Shown here: positions 1 through 9,232 of the stretch, one piece after another
Layout of the letters: every line of letters starts with the position of its first letter
Numbering within the stretch: position 1 is the stretch's first letter
Virus record (IMG/VR): IMGVR_UViG_2837734161_000001
Coordinates: 17,800 to 81,799 of that record
DNA length: 64,000 bases
Direction: 5' to 3' (one strand)
Source: a virus
Taxonomy: Duplodnaviria; Caudoviricetes
Made by a program: the position numbers and the translations under genes
Notes under the pieces: model-generated
Told to the model about the DNA's origin: nothing
What the model saw: only the letters and a program-made list of their open reading frames with translations
Database searches by the model: none

Positions 1-154
1 GTCGGTTAATAGATGAAGGAAAATGATGACAAAACAGGAGTGTCTGCTCAGCGAACATGAATGATTCATAAACCGTAAAGATTTGGATGCAGATTGTAAC
101 AACCGGAAGAAAAAGATGAACTGGTGGAACCTGTAGCAAAGATATGATGGCATA

Positions 155-190
155 GAAAAAGCCCATCCTCAGGGTACAGAAGATGAGCTT
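155..190 (-). terminator. Intrinsic terminator downstream of left pilin
   Basis: Minus strand GCTCATCTTC-N8-GAGGATGGGC followed by TTTTT; near-identical copy at 63687-63720. Confidence 0.8.
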
Positions 191-206
191 ATTAACAACA
201 ATTTTA

Positions 207-512
207 TTACTGCTTCTGGCAGAGAATGTCGATTGTTGCCCCACTTTCAGTAGCAGTAATAGTAACTGTCTGTCCTGCTGTAGGCTGCTTTGCATCATCT
301 GTAGATTTAAGGTTTTCAGGCATTTTTACAACTGACTGCCATCCATTCTTCTGCTGTGTTAAAGTAACTGTCTTTGATGTACCTTCTTCATCTGTTAACT
401 GAGCAGTTACAACTTCTGCATATGCTGCACGGATATTTGCCATATCTGTAGCTTCTCTAGCCTTCTCTAACTGGTTTGTGAAAATCGGAATAGAAATTGC
501 TACCAATACGGC
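207..512 (-). pseudogene. Type IV pilin lacking its N-terminus (prepilin leader and GFTLxE motif)
   Basis: Reads AVLVAISIPIFTNQLEKAREATDMANIRAAYAE (pilin alpha-1 helix). Upstream of 512 similarity stops and an in-frame TAG occurs at 528-530. Confidence 0.85.
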
Positions 513-585
513 CGATGGTGTGTTGCTCTAACTGAAAACTGTGTGCGGTAATGACTGTGCGCGGCTTAACCAAAAAGTGTGTGAA

Positions 586-644
586 ACACCTTTGCGCAAA
601 AAGGAATAACCTGTTGGCAAAAGTGCATTTTCGCGAAAAAGTTT
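586..644. repeat. Two C(A/C)TTTnCGYnAAA boxes near left prophage end
   Basis: acacctttgcgcaaaaagg (586) and gtgcattttcgcgaaaaag (623); related boxes at 63609 and 63641. Confidence 0.5.
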
Positions 645-675
645 AATCGTTGCCCATCACCCATGCATGTGCGGC

Positions 676-1914
676 TTAATAAGAAGAATCAGATATCAAA
701 TAAACATTGTCTTTGTCCATGCATATTTCAGAAGTATGATCATAGATTCGTATCATGGTGTTTAAACCATTTGTAAAGATACTGGTTTTCGGATCACTCA
801 TTTTTGCAAAGGTATGTATTGTTTTGTTTTCGATTCCTCTGGCATCCTTTTTTATCTTATGCCCACTATCCTGCAGAAATTCATCAACCGGTCCATCTTT
901 AACTAACGGAATGCTGCCGATAAATTTTCCAACTGAATTGCTGGCATTGCCGACATTCTTCAGGAAGTTAGTCTCTACAGATTTCTTTGTCATTCTTTCC
1001 AGATGTTCAGATCCCTTTGCATATAACTCTCTATACTGATATGCATATTTACCAAGTTCTCTTTTTCTTTCTGTTAGGTTCTCCTCGCTGAAGTTACCAC
1101 TGAGCATAACCTCAAGTGTTGATGCAAGAGAATATGCGTATAAGGACAGGCGATAGTATTTGAATTCCTTTATAAAATCATTCAGTTTCTGACTTACCAT
1201 AGCCTGCCCGACAATGAGCTGTTTTTCATTCAAAAGCTTCTTTACCTTCTCAGAATAAAAGTTCATGTTCTTCAAGGCCTTGTTTTGAATATCGATGGTT
1301 TCCTTATGATTGCTGTTGCGGAATTGAGGGTTATTCCAATTTGTTTTATAACGCTCAATCATATTCATTAATGTTTCAACATCTGCTTTAATCTCAGAGT
1401 GTTTTTCTACATTCAAAAAATCAAGAATTTCTTTCGTGGTTTCTGAAATATCATCCAGCTTCTTGTCTATGGCAATTAAAGCTCAAGCCATCATAAGTGT
1501 AGCCGGATTAATCGGAGCAACAGTGGTCACTTTAGCAGTAAGAGGATCAGCGGCTGCCAGCTTGGCCATCTTTGATTTGCCTTCAGCTGTTTTCAATGCT
1601 CCCCACGCATTACCATCTTTAGCAATTTTCAGAACATCTCCTTCAGCAGCATTTGCAATCCGATAAAGGCCATCAGCATTTACTGTGGATGTCTGGGATA
1701 TTGTTCTGACACTTGGCAAAATAGATGTGATGCCCGCACCTAAAGAATCAAGTTCTGCAATCGGCACTTTTACAGTTCGATCAGACGGTAAATGTTCCTG
1801 CGCATCCTGCAGCAATTCATAGGTGATGTCTGAAACATTATTTATTCCGCTATTAGCCAAATCGCGTGATGAATTTGGTTTATCTATTTCATTACTCATT
1901 ACATACCACCCCAC
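676..1914 (-). pseudogene. ~412-codon hypothetical accessory gene with one in-frame TGA
   Basis: ORFs 1483-1914 and 676-1416 share a frame; reads LMMA*ALIAIDKKLDDI across TGA at 1483-1485. Confidence 0.75.
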
Positions 1915-2036
1915 TCATATGAATCGAGATACTTATTATCGAAGCAAAACAGTTCTTAGATCATTCTAGCATTCGATTAAATATATAGATATAGCTATTA
2001 TCATCTGTTCCCCAGGGAACAGGTCAATAGGACAAC

Positions 2037-2073
2037 AAAAAGACCTGCACCATTTTACTGATGCAGGTTTCTT
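2037..2073 (-). terminator. Terminator after recombinase genes
   Basis: ACCTGCA...TGCAGGT hairpin followed by T-run on minus strand. Confidence 0.6.
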
Positions 2074-3454
2074 ATAAGCAGATGTTTTTCAGCTCTCCAT
2101 CCAGAAACTTGATGGTGAATGTTTTCGGATCCTTTACGATGACCTCTTTCAGGACCATTCTGGTCAACTCTGGAATCTCAAATTCCAATTCTCCCTGTTC
2201 CGTTAGCTCTTTCATTTGATGGCCACGGATTCGGTCAAGTGCATTGTCGCTGGCTTCCAGCTTATCCCATCTGCTCATGTTCTTTTCTCTATGCTGAACG
2301 ATGTCATTCCATGCAATTGTAAACGCGTGCCTCAGATCTGATTCCTTCACGTTCCCCATCGAGCATGTCTTCCCACTTTGCTTTTCAGCACTGACGCATT
2401 TCCAGAACGGTTCTTTGATTCCCTTGTAATCCTTCCTTGCAAACCGTCCGCCACAATCACCGCAGAACACCTTTGCAAAGAAGCCAGTCTTGGTCAGTGA
2501 GCTGATTTCCTTAAGGCCATAGCTCTTTCTAAAGTTGTACCGCCGTTCCAGCTCATACTGCGCCGCCTCCCATTCTTCTTCAGTAACAATGGCTTTGTGT
2601 GCCTGCTTGATGTAGTACTGGTCCAATGCTCCATCATTCTCGACTCGCATCTTGGTGAGGAAGTCCTTCGTGTAATACTTCTGCATCAGGAGATCTCCCT
2701 TGTATTTCTCATTCTGCAGCATTCGTTTGATTGTGATCGATGTCCAGCAGGCTTTTCCCGTCACACCTGGAATCTCTTCATCATTCAAGTGGCGGGCAAT
2801 CTCGGCCAAGTTCCACCCTTCTAGAAATTCTCGGTAGATCCGTTTCACTACCGCTGCCTGCTCTTCATTGATGATGAGGTTTCCATCCTTATCCTTGTCG
2901 TACCCCATGAAGTGATTTGTGTTAATCTGCGGAATACCCTGTTTGAATCTTGACCGGATGCCCCATGCTGTATTCTCACTGATGTTCCGGCTCTCTTCCT
3001 GAGCAAGGCTGGAAAGAATCGTAAAGAGCAGTTCTCCGGAAGCAGCCATTGTGTCTATGTTCTCCTTCTCGAAAAAAATCGGAATGCCACGGTCTCTCAG
3101 TTCTCTGGAGAAGCGAAGGCAATCCGCTGTATTTCGAGCAAACCGGCTGATGGATTTTGTGATGACCCGATCCACCTTTCCATCTCGGCAGGCTTTGATC
3201 ATTGCATTGAACCCAGCACGCTTTCTGGTTCCAGTGCCTGAGATACCTTCGTCCGCAAAGATGCCAGCCATCTCCCAGTCAGGATTTCGATTGATGAGCT
3301 CCGTATAGTATTCCACCTGGTTCTTAAAGGAACCGACCTGCTCCTCATGCTCAGTAGAAACTCTGCAGTAAGCCGCCACCCGGATTTTCTTCTTCTCCGT
3401 AGCTTTACTTTTTTGTATCTGGCTTGCTGGAATAACCGTAATATTCTTTGCCAT
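2072..3454 (-). CDS. Large serine recombinase (integrase)
   Basis: YCRVST catalytic motif, KSISRFARN, recombinase domain, CGDCG zinc ribbon; likely start MAKNITV at 3454. Confidence 0.95.
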   Translation of the reverse strand: MAKNITVIPASQIQKSKATEKKKIRVAAYCRVSTEHEEQVGSFKNQVEYYTELINRNPDWEMAGIFADEGISGTGTRKRAGFNAMIKACRDGKVDRVITKSISRFARNTADCLRFSRELRDRGIPIFFEKENIDTMAASGELLFTILSSLAQEESRNISENTAWGIRSRFKQGIPQINTNHFMGYDKDKDGNLIINEEQAAVVKRIYREFLEGWNLAEIARHLNDEEIPGVTGKACWTSITIKRMLQNEKYKGDLLMQKYYTKDFLTKMRVENDGALDQYYIKQAHKAIVTEEEWEAAQYELERRYNFRKSYGLKEISSLTKTGFFAKVFCGDCGGRFARKDYKGIKEPFWKCVSAEKQSGKTCSMGNVKESDLRHAFTIAWNDIVQHREKNMSRWDKLEASDNALDRIRGHQMKELTEQGELEFEIPELTRMVLKEVIVKDPKTFTIKFLDGELKNICL

Positions 3455-4922
3455 TGATGATCTCCTTTCCGATGTAAACGATCTGTGGATCATGTCTTAA
3501 GGACTGCAGCTTATCGTCCGGCACCCGGATGCCTTTGCAGGCGGTTTTTCCGTTCCGACTGAAGTTGTCGCAAATCCACCAGACTCTCCCATTGTTGGCG
3601 ATGATTCTTCTCAGCCTGCTGCCGCAGTATTTGCAGAAGATCCGGTCTTTGTATGGATAATTCTCTATGGTCAGTGCAGGCGCATTGCTATGATGCCGTT
3701 TCTTGGTATGGTGTTTCTTCCATTCATTTTCCGACTCATGATCGAATCCTACTACTCTGCCTCGGTCGATCTTGGCAGCAACATAAGTATTCTCATCAAT
3801 CTCTCCCCAGGTCCGAACCTCTTCATCAGGAACCGAGATGCTTGGGCAGAACTTATTCGTGAATCGCAGCTTTCCTTGGCAGGCCCATTTGTATTTGCCG
3901 CCCATGTAAACCCGCTGCAGGGGATAACCGCACTTAGCACAGAAGAGCTTGTGCCGGTAAGGGTAGTTTTCATTATTGAGATCTGTCTGCTTTTCTTTGT
4001 CTGGCTTCTTTCTCTTCCGGACATTGAGAGCCTTCTGAGCATCTGCCCACAACTCATTGGTAACTATCGGCAGATGATTTTCCTTGTAGTAAATCTTATC
4101 CAGCTGGCCGGTGTTGAGGCGCTCCTTCCGATGCTCGTCAACGTAATGCTTCTGCTGAACAAAGTCACCTTTGTATTCCTCATTTGAAAGAATCCGCTGA
4201 ACTGTTCTCCGGTAGAAGATGGCTCCGTTTTGTGTCTTCACGCCTTCCTTATTTAAATAGTTTGTGATCTGGCCGACTGTGAATCCATCTGCAGCCATCT
4301 CGAAAATCTCCATCACCCATTTGGCATTTGCATCCGGCACAATCTCTCCAGCATCGTTCCGGCAGTAACCGAATACCCTGCTCAATTGAGCTGTCGGTAT
4401 CCTTTTCTCTTTCTTCCGGCGGATGGTCATTTGCGTACTGACTCTGTTGGCTTCACTTTCAGCCTGACCAAAGGCCGCGTAGAGCGTCATCAGAAGCTCT
4501 CCTCCTTCACCCAGCGTATTGATGCGCTGCAGTTCGAAGTAAACACCGATGCCATGATCCTTTAATTCTCTGGTAGCCTTGAGAACCGTACCAGTATTCC
4601 GTGCAAACCTGGTGATGGATTTCGTGATGAGAAGTTCAAACTTTCTTTTCCGACTGTCTGCCATCATCTTCTGGAATCCTGGCCGGTTTTCCTTAAAGCC
4701 GGAGATTCCAAAGTCGTAATAGATCTTGGTCAGTTCATAGCGCGGATCCTTTCCAACCACATCCTTGTAATGATCAATCTGGTTTTCCAGTGAATCCTCC
4801 TGTCCTTCGCTCTTGGTAGAAACCCTGCAATACACAGCGGCCTTGATCTTTGTGCCTTCCGGCTTCTGAAACTTTGGAATGACAATGACATCAGCCTGAT
4901 CAGAGGATCGTAAAGTCGTCAT
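3405..4922 (-). CDS. Large serine recombinase with two zinc-ribbon repeats
   Basis: YCRVST, KSITRFARN; two NYPY..CxxCG..W.C repeats. Confidence 0.93.
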   Translation of the reverse strand: MTTLRSSDQADVIVIPKFQKPEGTKIKAAVYCRVSTKSEGQEDSLENQIDHYKDVVGKDPRYELTKIYYDFGISGFKENRPGFQKMMADSRKRKFELLITKSITRFARNTGTVLKATRELKDHGIGVYFELQRINTLGEGGELLMTLYAAFGQAESEANRVSTQMTIRRKKEKRIPTAQLSRVFGYCRNDAGEIVPDANAKWVMEIFEMAADGFTVGQITNYLNKEGVKTQNGAIFYRRTVQRILSNEEYKGDFVQQKHYVDEHRKERLNTGQLDKIYYKENHLPIVTNELWADAQKALNVRKRKKPDKEKQTDLNNENYPYRHKLFCAKCGYPLQRVYMGGKYKWACQGKLRFTNKFCPSISVPDEEVRTWGEIDENTYVAAKIDRGRVVGFDHESENEWKKHHTKKRHHSNAPALTIENYPYKDRIFCKYCGSRLRRIIANNGRVWWICDNFSRNGKTACKGIRVPDDKLQSLRHDPQIVYIGKEIINGKEYYGYSSKPDTKK

Positions 4923-5706
4923 GATCTTTGTCCTCCTTTACCTTCTTGGCTCTAGCTTTCTTTCGTTTCTCGATAGCTTTCTGTTTCTGCTCTTCGGTCC
5001 GGTAAGCCGCATCCCCATCCAGCCTTTCCAGAAGGATGTTTCTGGTCTTCTGATACTTCCGGCCATTTAAGCCCAGCGAGATCATCCAGATCCGGAAGAA
5101 ATATTTCTCGTTCTCAGATTCCTTAGCAGATGGTTTTGCCCAGCGCTGTTTCTCGGAAGTACGAACAATTGCTGACAGAAGATCTTCCATTGCTTGCTGC
5201 TCGTCCTTTGACACATCCTCCGGGCACCCGGTGAACACCACTTTGTCATCGTAGAAACGGATGCCTTTCATTCTTGTTTCTGCGCTGCAGTAAAGCAGCG
5301 ACTCTCTGAATTCTTGTAAGGATTGAGGATTGCGATCCTGCATCTCCTTAAGAAATGAATCATTAATATGGAAGGCTCTGTTCTTACCGATTGCCTTACT
5401 GATGATGTCCTGTCTGGCATGAACCATATTGAGAAGATTCATTCTTGCCGTGACTGTTTCTGTTTCAAACGGAACGCTGATACCGGATTCTTCTTCATCA
5501 TCTGCAAACCCGCTCTTCCTCAGCTTATCCAGAAGACTGTTTCCATCATCCGGATCGGTTTCAATATTGGCATTTCTGAGCACTGTATATGGCCCTACGA
5601 TGTACTGGAAGGTTGGCGCTCCCATGTACTTCGGCCTTTGTCCTGTTTCCTTCTGCAGGAAGGAAATCAGTGCGTTTCTGTCTGTGGTTCTTGTTGTAAT
5701 CTGCAT
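4900..5706 (-). CDS. Phage 'virulence-related' family protein, paralog of 30128-30940
   Basis: PKYMGAPTFQY N-terminus and ENEKYFFRIWMISLGLNG..Y..TR.ILLE.L.G.AAY C-terminus. Confidence 0.7.
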   Translation of the reverse strand: MQITTRTTDRNALISFLQKETGQRPKYMGAPTFQYIVGPYTVLRNANIETDPDDGNSLLDKLRKSGFADDEEESGISVPFETETVTARMNLLNMVHARQDIISKAIGKNRAFHINDSFLKEMQDRNPQSLQEFRESLLYCSAETRMKGIRFYDDKVVFTGCPEDVSKDEQQAMEDLLSAIVRTSEKQRWAKPSAKESENEKYFFRIWMISLGLNGRKYQKTRNILLERLDGDAAYRTEEQKQKAIEKRKKARAKKVKEDKDHDDFTIL

Positions 5707-5730
5707 GCTTTCCTCCTTCCCTTTTCGGTA

Positions 5731-5765
5731 GTCTATCTATCACTCCAAACGGCTACTATATCAAC
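5731..5765 (-). promoter_or_regulatory. Degenerate copy of repeated class A promoter
   Basis: TTGATAT-N11-GGAGTGATAGAT upstream of ORF 4900-5706. Confidence 0.6.
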
Positions 5766-6210
5766 GATTTTCCGCGTATTTACGGGCTTTTTGATGCCCG
5801 TAGTAGTCCAGGACATAGTGCTCATGACAGCAGTATTTGCGGTTCTTATTTCCATATGAGGTGAAGGTCTTTCCGCAATATGCACAGACTTTTGTATAGA
5901 CCGCTTCGGGATTCTGTTTCATCAGATCACGGTTTGCTTTCCAATATGCGCGTCTGCAGGCATCTGAGCAGAAGCGTCTCGGTCTGCCTTTCTTTGGCTG
6001 TTCCATCATCCGGCCGCAATAAGCGCACGCTTCTTTTTTCTCGATCTGATCAGGGAGATCCTTGTTTTCACGAACAGGGTTTATGTCCTTACACTGTGCT
6101 CTGATAGTGGCTATCGTTTCCCCTGTATATTCCACGAGCTTTCGCATGCTCATACCGTTTTGTCTGAGGGATCTAATTTCTACTGATTTTTCTTCATTCA
6201 TGGTCATCAC
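5761..6210 (-). CDS. HTH plus Cys-rich zinc-finger protein (possible regulator or recombination accessory)
   Basis: N-terminal HTH-like segment; CAYCG..GRPRRFCSDACR and CAYCG..RKYCCHEHY. Confidence 0.7.
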   Translation of the reverse strand: MMTMNEEKSVEIRSLRQNGMSMRKLVEYTGETIATIRAQCKDINPVRENKDLPDQIEKKEACAYCGRMMEQPKKGRPRRFCSDACRRAYWKANRDLMKQNPEAVYTKVCAYCGKTFTSYGNKNRKYCCHEHYVLDYYGHQKARKYAENR

Positions 6211-6223
6211 TCCTTCTGACTGA

Positions 6224-6252
6224 TAACCGACACAAAGACCCTGTTTTTGTAC
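6224..6252 (-). promoter_or_regulatory. Class B promoter motif TACAAAA-N11-GTGTCGGTTA
   Basis: Same motif and spacing at 41001, 41123 and 41212; directly upstream of the RBS of 5761-6210. Confidence 0.75.
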
Positions 6253-6402
6253 AAAGGTTGTTAATTTTCTTAACTTGAATTCTGTTCGTGAAAGCCGGAA
6301 TTGATTTTGTTTTTCCGTCCAACCAGGAGTTGTTTGACTATAGCTGCTTTTCGATTTAATTACTTACTGCCGTATAGGAATTAGAAGGAGTGTTAAAACA
6401 CA

Positions 6403-6669
6403 ATGACAAATGAAGGAAGAATCAAAAACATGTCAGATGAGGAGCTGGCACATTTCCTGAGTGGGATTACCGGAGAGATTGGTTACGATCTGAATGGAGC
6501 GGATGATTTCCATGATTTTGTGAACCATCAAATCTGCGATGATCAGGATATCTGCCCACTTGATGGAAAAGAATGCCAGCTGAACCATGGCATTGACGAT
6601 TCCTGTCCATATGATCCATGGCAGAGAATCCAGTATTGGTTACATATGCCTGCAAAAGAGAACAACTAA
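6403..6669 (+). CDS. Small acidic Cys-containing hypothetical protein (moron)
   Basis: AAGGAG RBS, upstream TTGACT, downstream hairpin; MTNEGRIKNMSDEELAHFL. Confidence 0.7.
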   Translation: MTNEGRIKNMSDEELAHFLSGITGEIGYDLNGADDFHDFVNHQICDDQDICPLDGKECQLNHGIDDSCPYDPWQRIQYWLHMPAKENN

Positions 6670-6723
6670 AAAATGGGTGCCGTCCTGCTTGTCCAACAGG
6701 AAGACACCCTTTCAAGTTCGTTT

Positions 6724-6996
6724 TTACAATTGTGATAAAAGATCCTTGTAGATTTCTCTCATATTTCCTTCATATGGAGGTTTCCAATCCGGATTATGCT
6801 TTTTAAGATAGCTCTCGCAATCTTCTACATATGATATTGCCTTATCCAGATCAGCAATTGTCCATTCTCCATCCTTGATTCTGTTGCGCACGTCATCCGG
6901 TCCTTGCCTCAGCAATGAGGACATAGCTCCTACATCCATTGGATCGTAGTTCATGGAATCAAATTTCAAATTTTCATAACGGTTATATTTAGGCAT
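6724..6996 (-). CDS. Small hypothetical protein (moron)
   Basis: 90-aa ORF with AAGGA RBS following 7014-7457. Confidence 0.65.
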   Translation of the reverse strand: MPKYNRYENLKFDSMNYDPMDVGAMSSLLRQGPDDVRNRIKDGEWTIADLDKAISYVEDCESYLKKHNPDWKPPYEGNMREIYKDLLSQL

Positions 6997-7013
6997 GTTT
7001 TGTTATCCTTGTT

Positions 7014-7457
7014 TTATGGCTTTGTAGGACCAATCGTCATATCGCTTTCATCTGTCACAAATGAATAAATTGGAATTCCGTATCCACCATCTTCGTCAAA
7101 AGCACTCATCAGTTTTTCAAGAAAAAAACCTATCCAATCCTTTGATGGTTCTTCAGCGCCGTCAACTTGTGGAGTCATCCAAATTCCACTAGCAATTTGC
7201 TGTGTTCTTGTGTTTAATGCAATTCCAATTGCCATGTCATAAAAATCAAATGTTCCTTCAAAAGCATGAACATCTGGATTATTAACATCGATCTGTGATT
7301 CTAATTCAGGTGGGATAATCGCATCAGTGATCATCATTCTACCCTTAATTGGGCCTTCCTCTTTTTCGAAGTTCTTGATTCTATCCTGTATGATATCCAT
7401 GTGCTCCACTTCAGAAAACAACTTAGGATCCTTTAGCATATATCCTCCTATTGGCAC
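7014..7457 (-). CDS. Acidic hypothetical protein (moron)
   Basis: Low-GC ORF; AGGAGG before MLKDPK. Confidence 0.7.
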   Translation of the reverse strand: MPIGGYMLKDPKLFSEVEHMDIIQDRIKNFEKEEGPIKGRMMITDAIIPPELESQIDVNNPDVHAFEGTFDFYDMAIGIALNTRTQQIASGIWMTPQVDGAEEPSKDWIGFFLEKLMSAFDEDGGYGIPIYSFVTDESDMTIGPTKP

Positions 7458-7541
7458 CTAATTAATGCCATCTCAATTTTAATGATATTAAAATTGCTAT
7501 CGCTACTGTTATTATCTTATATTATGTATAGAGGGTAAAGC

Positions 7542-7706
7542 ATGAATAAGAAAGAAAAACTTTCTAAGCATAGTGGCTTTGAAGCACCTGCTATTGGAGA
7601 AGTCGTGGAAATTCCAGAGGGCTATAAAAGGATTACCGATAAGGATGGAATCTCCCACATAGTAAAAATTGATGATGAGACTGTTGAATACAGAAAAGAA
7701 AAATAG
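7542..7706 (+). CDS. 54-aa hypothetical protein (not in ORF track)
   Basis: GAGGG RBS; MNKKEKLSKHSGFEAPAIGEVVEIPEGYKRITDKDGISHIVKIDDETVEYRKEK. Confidence 0.5.
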   Translation: MNKKEKLSKHSGFEAPAIGEVVEIPEGYKRITDKDGISHIVKIDDETVEYRKEK

Positions 7707-7748
7707 CGGCCAGACAAGAGAACTAAATCTCCCATCTGACCGCTTTCC

Positions 7749-8612
7749 TTATGCCTTTCTCAGATTCTTAACACTGATTGCTGCAGTGACTGTGCCATTC
7801 ACGCCAATGACAGCACGCTGGCCATTCAGCTCCATCACGGTATAGGTGCTGTACCAGAGTTTGAATCTCTGGCCAGTCCAAGTAACCGGATTGATGACCT
7901 TCACTCTATCTCCAACCTTAATGCCGGAAGAAACTGGTGCTGGAGCAGGTGCTGGCTTTGCTGCAGGTGCAGCTGGTTTCGTTCCAGCCTTATAGCCATT
8001 GAAACCACCATTCCGTATCGTGGTCGGATAATCGATATAGCATTCATCCATATCCACATTTCCGTTGATACCATTCACTCCTCCAGAACTGGAGTACTGC
8101 CAGATGCCAAGGTTAGCTGTGGCCCAGGTGCACTTGCTGCCATAGCGGGCAACCCACCAGGTGAACGGCTTCAGAGCATCTCTGTTCAGTCTGTCATGGA
8201 ATCCAGACAGATCGGATGCATAAACACCGGCAAAGCATCCGGCCTGCTCCATCACTCGACAAAAGCCAATGCAGGCTTCAGTGTTGCCATTCTTATTCGT
8301 TGCATTCGGCGCCTCGAAGTCAATATAGACTGGCATATCAAACTGCTTTCCGGACAGGAAGGTGAGAAACCTTCTGGCATCCGCTTCTCCATCTGCTCTG
8401 GATTTGCAGCCAGGGCCGACAAAATAATAGGCACCCACATGGATGCCTGCATTCCTTGCTCCTGCATAGTTGGCTTCAAACTGAGGATCCTTATAGAATC
8501 CTTTATCAGATCCACCTGCTTTGATGATGGCAAACTTAATACCAGCAGCTTTCACTGCTGGCCAGTTAATCGTTCCCTGCCACCTAGAGACATCAATTCC
8601 CTTCATGCTCAT
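7749..8612 (-). CDS. Endolysin, GH25 muramidase with Pro/Ala linker and C-terminal binding domain
   Basis: GIDVSRWQG, DFE, WQYSSSG..VDMD; GGAGG RBS before MSMKG. Confidence 0.93.
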   Translation of the reverse strand: MSMKGIDVSRWQGTINWPAVKAAGIKFAIIKAGGSDKGFYKDPQFEANYAGARNAGIHVGAYYFVGPGCKSRADGEADARRFLTFLSGKQFDMPVYIDFEAPNATNKNGNTEACIGFCRVMEQAGCFAGVYASDLSGFHDRLNRDALKPFTWWVARYGSKCTWATANLGIWQYSSSGGVNGINGNVDMDECYIDYPTTIRNGGFNGYKAGTKPAAPAAKPAPAPAPVSSGIKVGDRVKVINPVTWTGQRFKLWYSTYTVMELNGQRAVIGVNGTVTAAISVKNLRKA

Positions 8613-8892
8613 TTTCGTTATCCTCCTTGCTTGCTTTACCAAGCTGCTTAACAGCCTGATTAACGCCTGTTGCCGCAAAGCCACTAACAATACCAACTGC
8701 GATTGCATTCACAACATCACTGACTGGAAAGTCCGGCATCACATACAACCCGACTACACCGAGTACTGCTCCGACCGTTCCGCAAATCACCGGAATCCAC
8801 TCATCATTGACGAAGTTCGATGCCTTGCAGGCTGTGCCTACCAGATAGGCAATGACCGTGATCGCTGCTACACTTGCAATTCCAAAATCCAT
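8593..8892 (-). CDS. Holin
   Basis: Three hydrophobic segments, GIVSGFAATGVNQ, directly upstream of lysin. Confidence 0.85.
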   Translation of the reverse strand: MDFGIASVAAITVIAYLVGTACKASNFVNDEWIPVICGTVGAVLGVVGLYVMPDFPVSDVVNAIAVGIVSGFAATGVNQAVKQLGKASKEDNENEHEGN

Positions 8893-8894
8893 AG

Positions 8895-9218
8895 TTATTC
8901 TCCCTTCTTCTCTTCTGCCTCATATGGCAGTTCCAGACATTTCTCATACAATCTCGTCCCTGTACCGTTCCCGCCTAACTGCTTATATGGCGTGTACAGA
9001 TATTCGAGATTATTCCGATCCTCCAATGTGCAGTAACCGCGGGCAATAAAAAAGCTGCAGGCCGAATACAATCGATCATGCAGCAGAGCCACGATTCCTT
9101 CACGAAGAATCTCATATTCACTTTTCTTTGCCTTCACCTGTTTGATCAGCCATCCGATGATGGCAATGATCACAGCGAAGAGTTCCTCCACCCAGTAGCG
9201 GACAATAAACTCAACCAT
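8895..9218 (-). CDS. Membrane protein of lysis module (holin-like)
   Basis: N-terminal TM; LLHDRL, Y..LGGNG motif. Confidence 0.7.
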   Translation of the reverse strand: MVEFIVRYWVEELFAVIIAIIGWLIKQVKAKKSEYEILREGIVALLHDRLYSACSFFIARGYCTLEDRNNLEYLYTPYKQLGGNGTGTRLYEKCLELPYEAEEKKGE

Positions 9219-9232
9219 TGGAAACCACCTCC

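Noticed and set aside
169-179. TCAGGGTACAG repeated at 63660-63670 as a possible att core
   Set aside because: Left copy lies in the terminator loop downstream of the pilin and does not explain the truncation at 512; unresolved, but not adopted as att
1483-1485. TGA as evidence of stop-codon recoding or selenocysteine
   Set aside because: Single case; many genes here end in TGA and the context is not a redox motif
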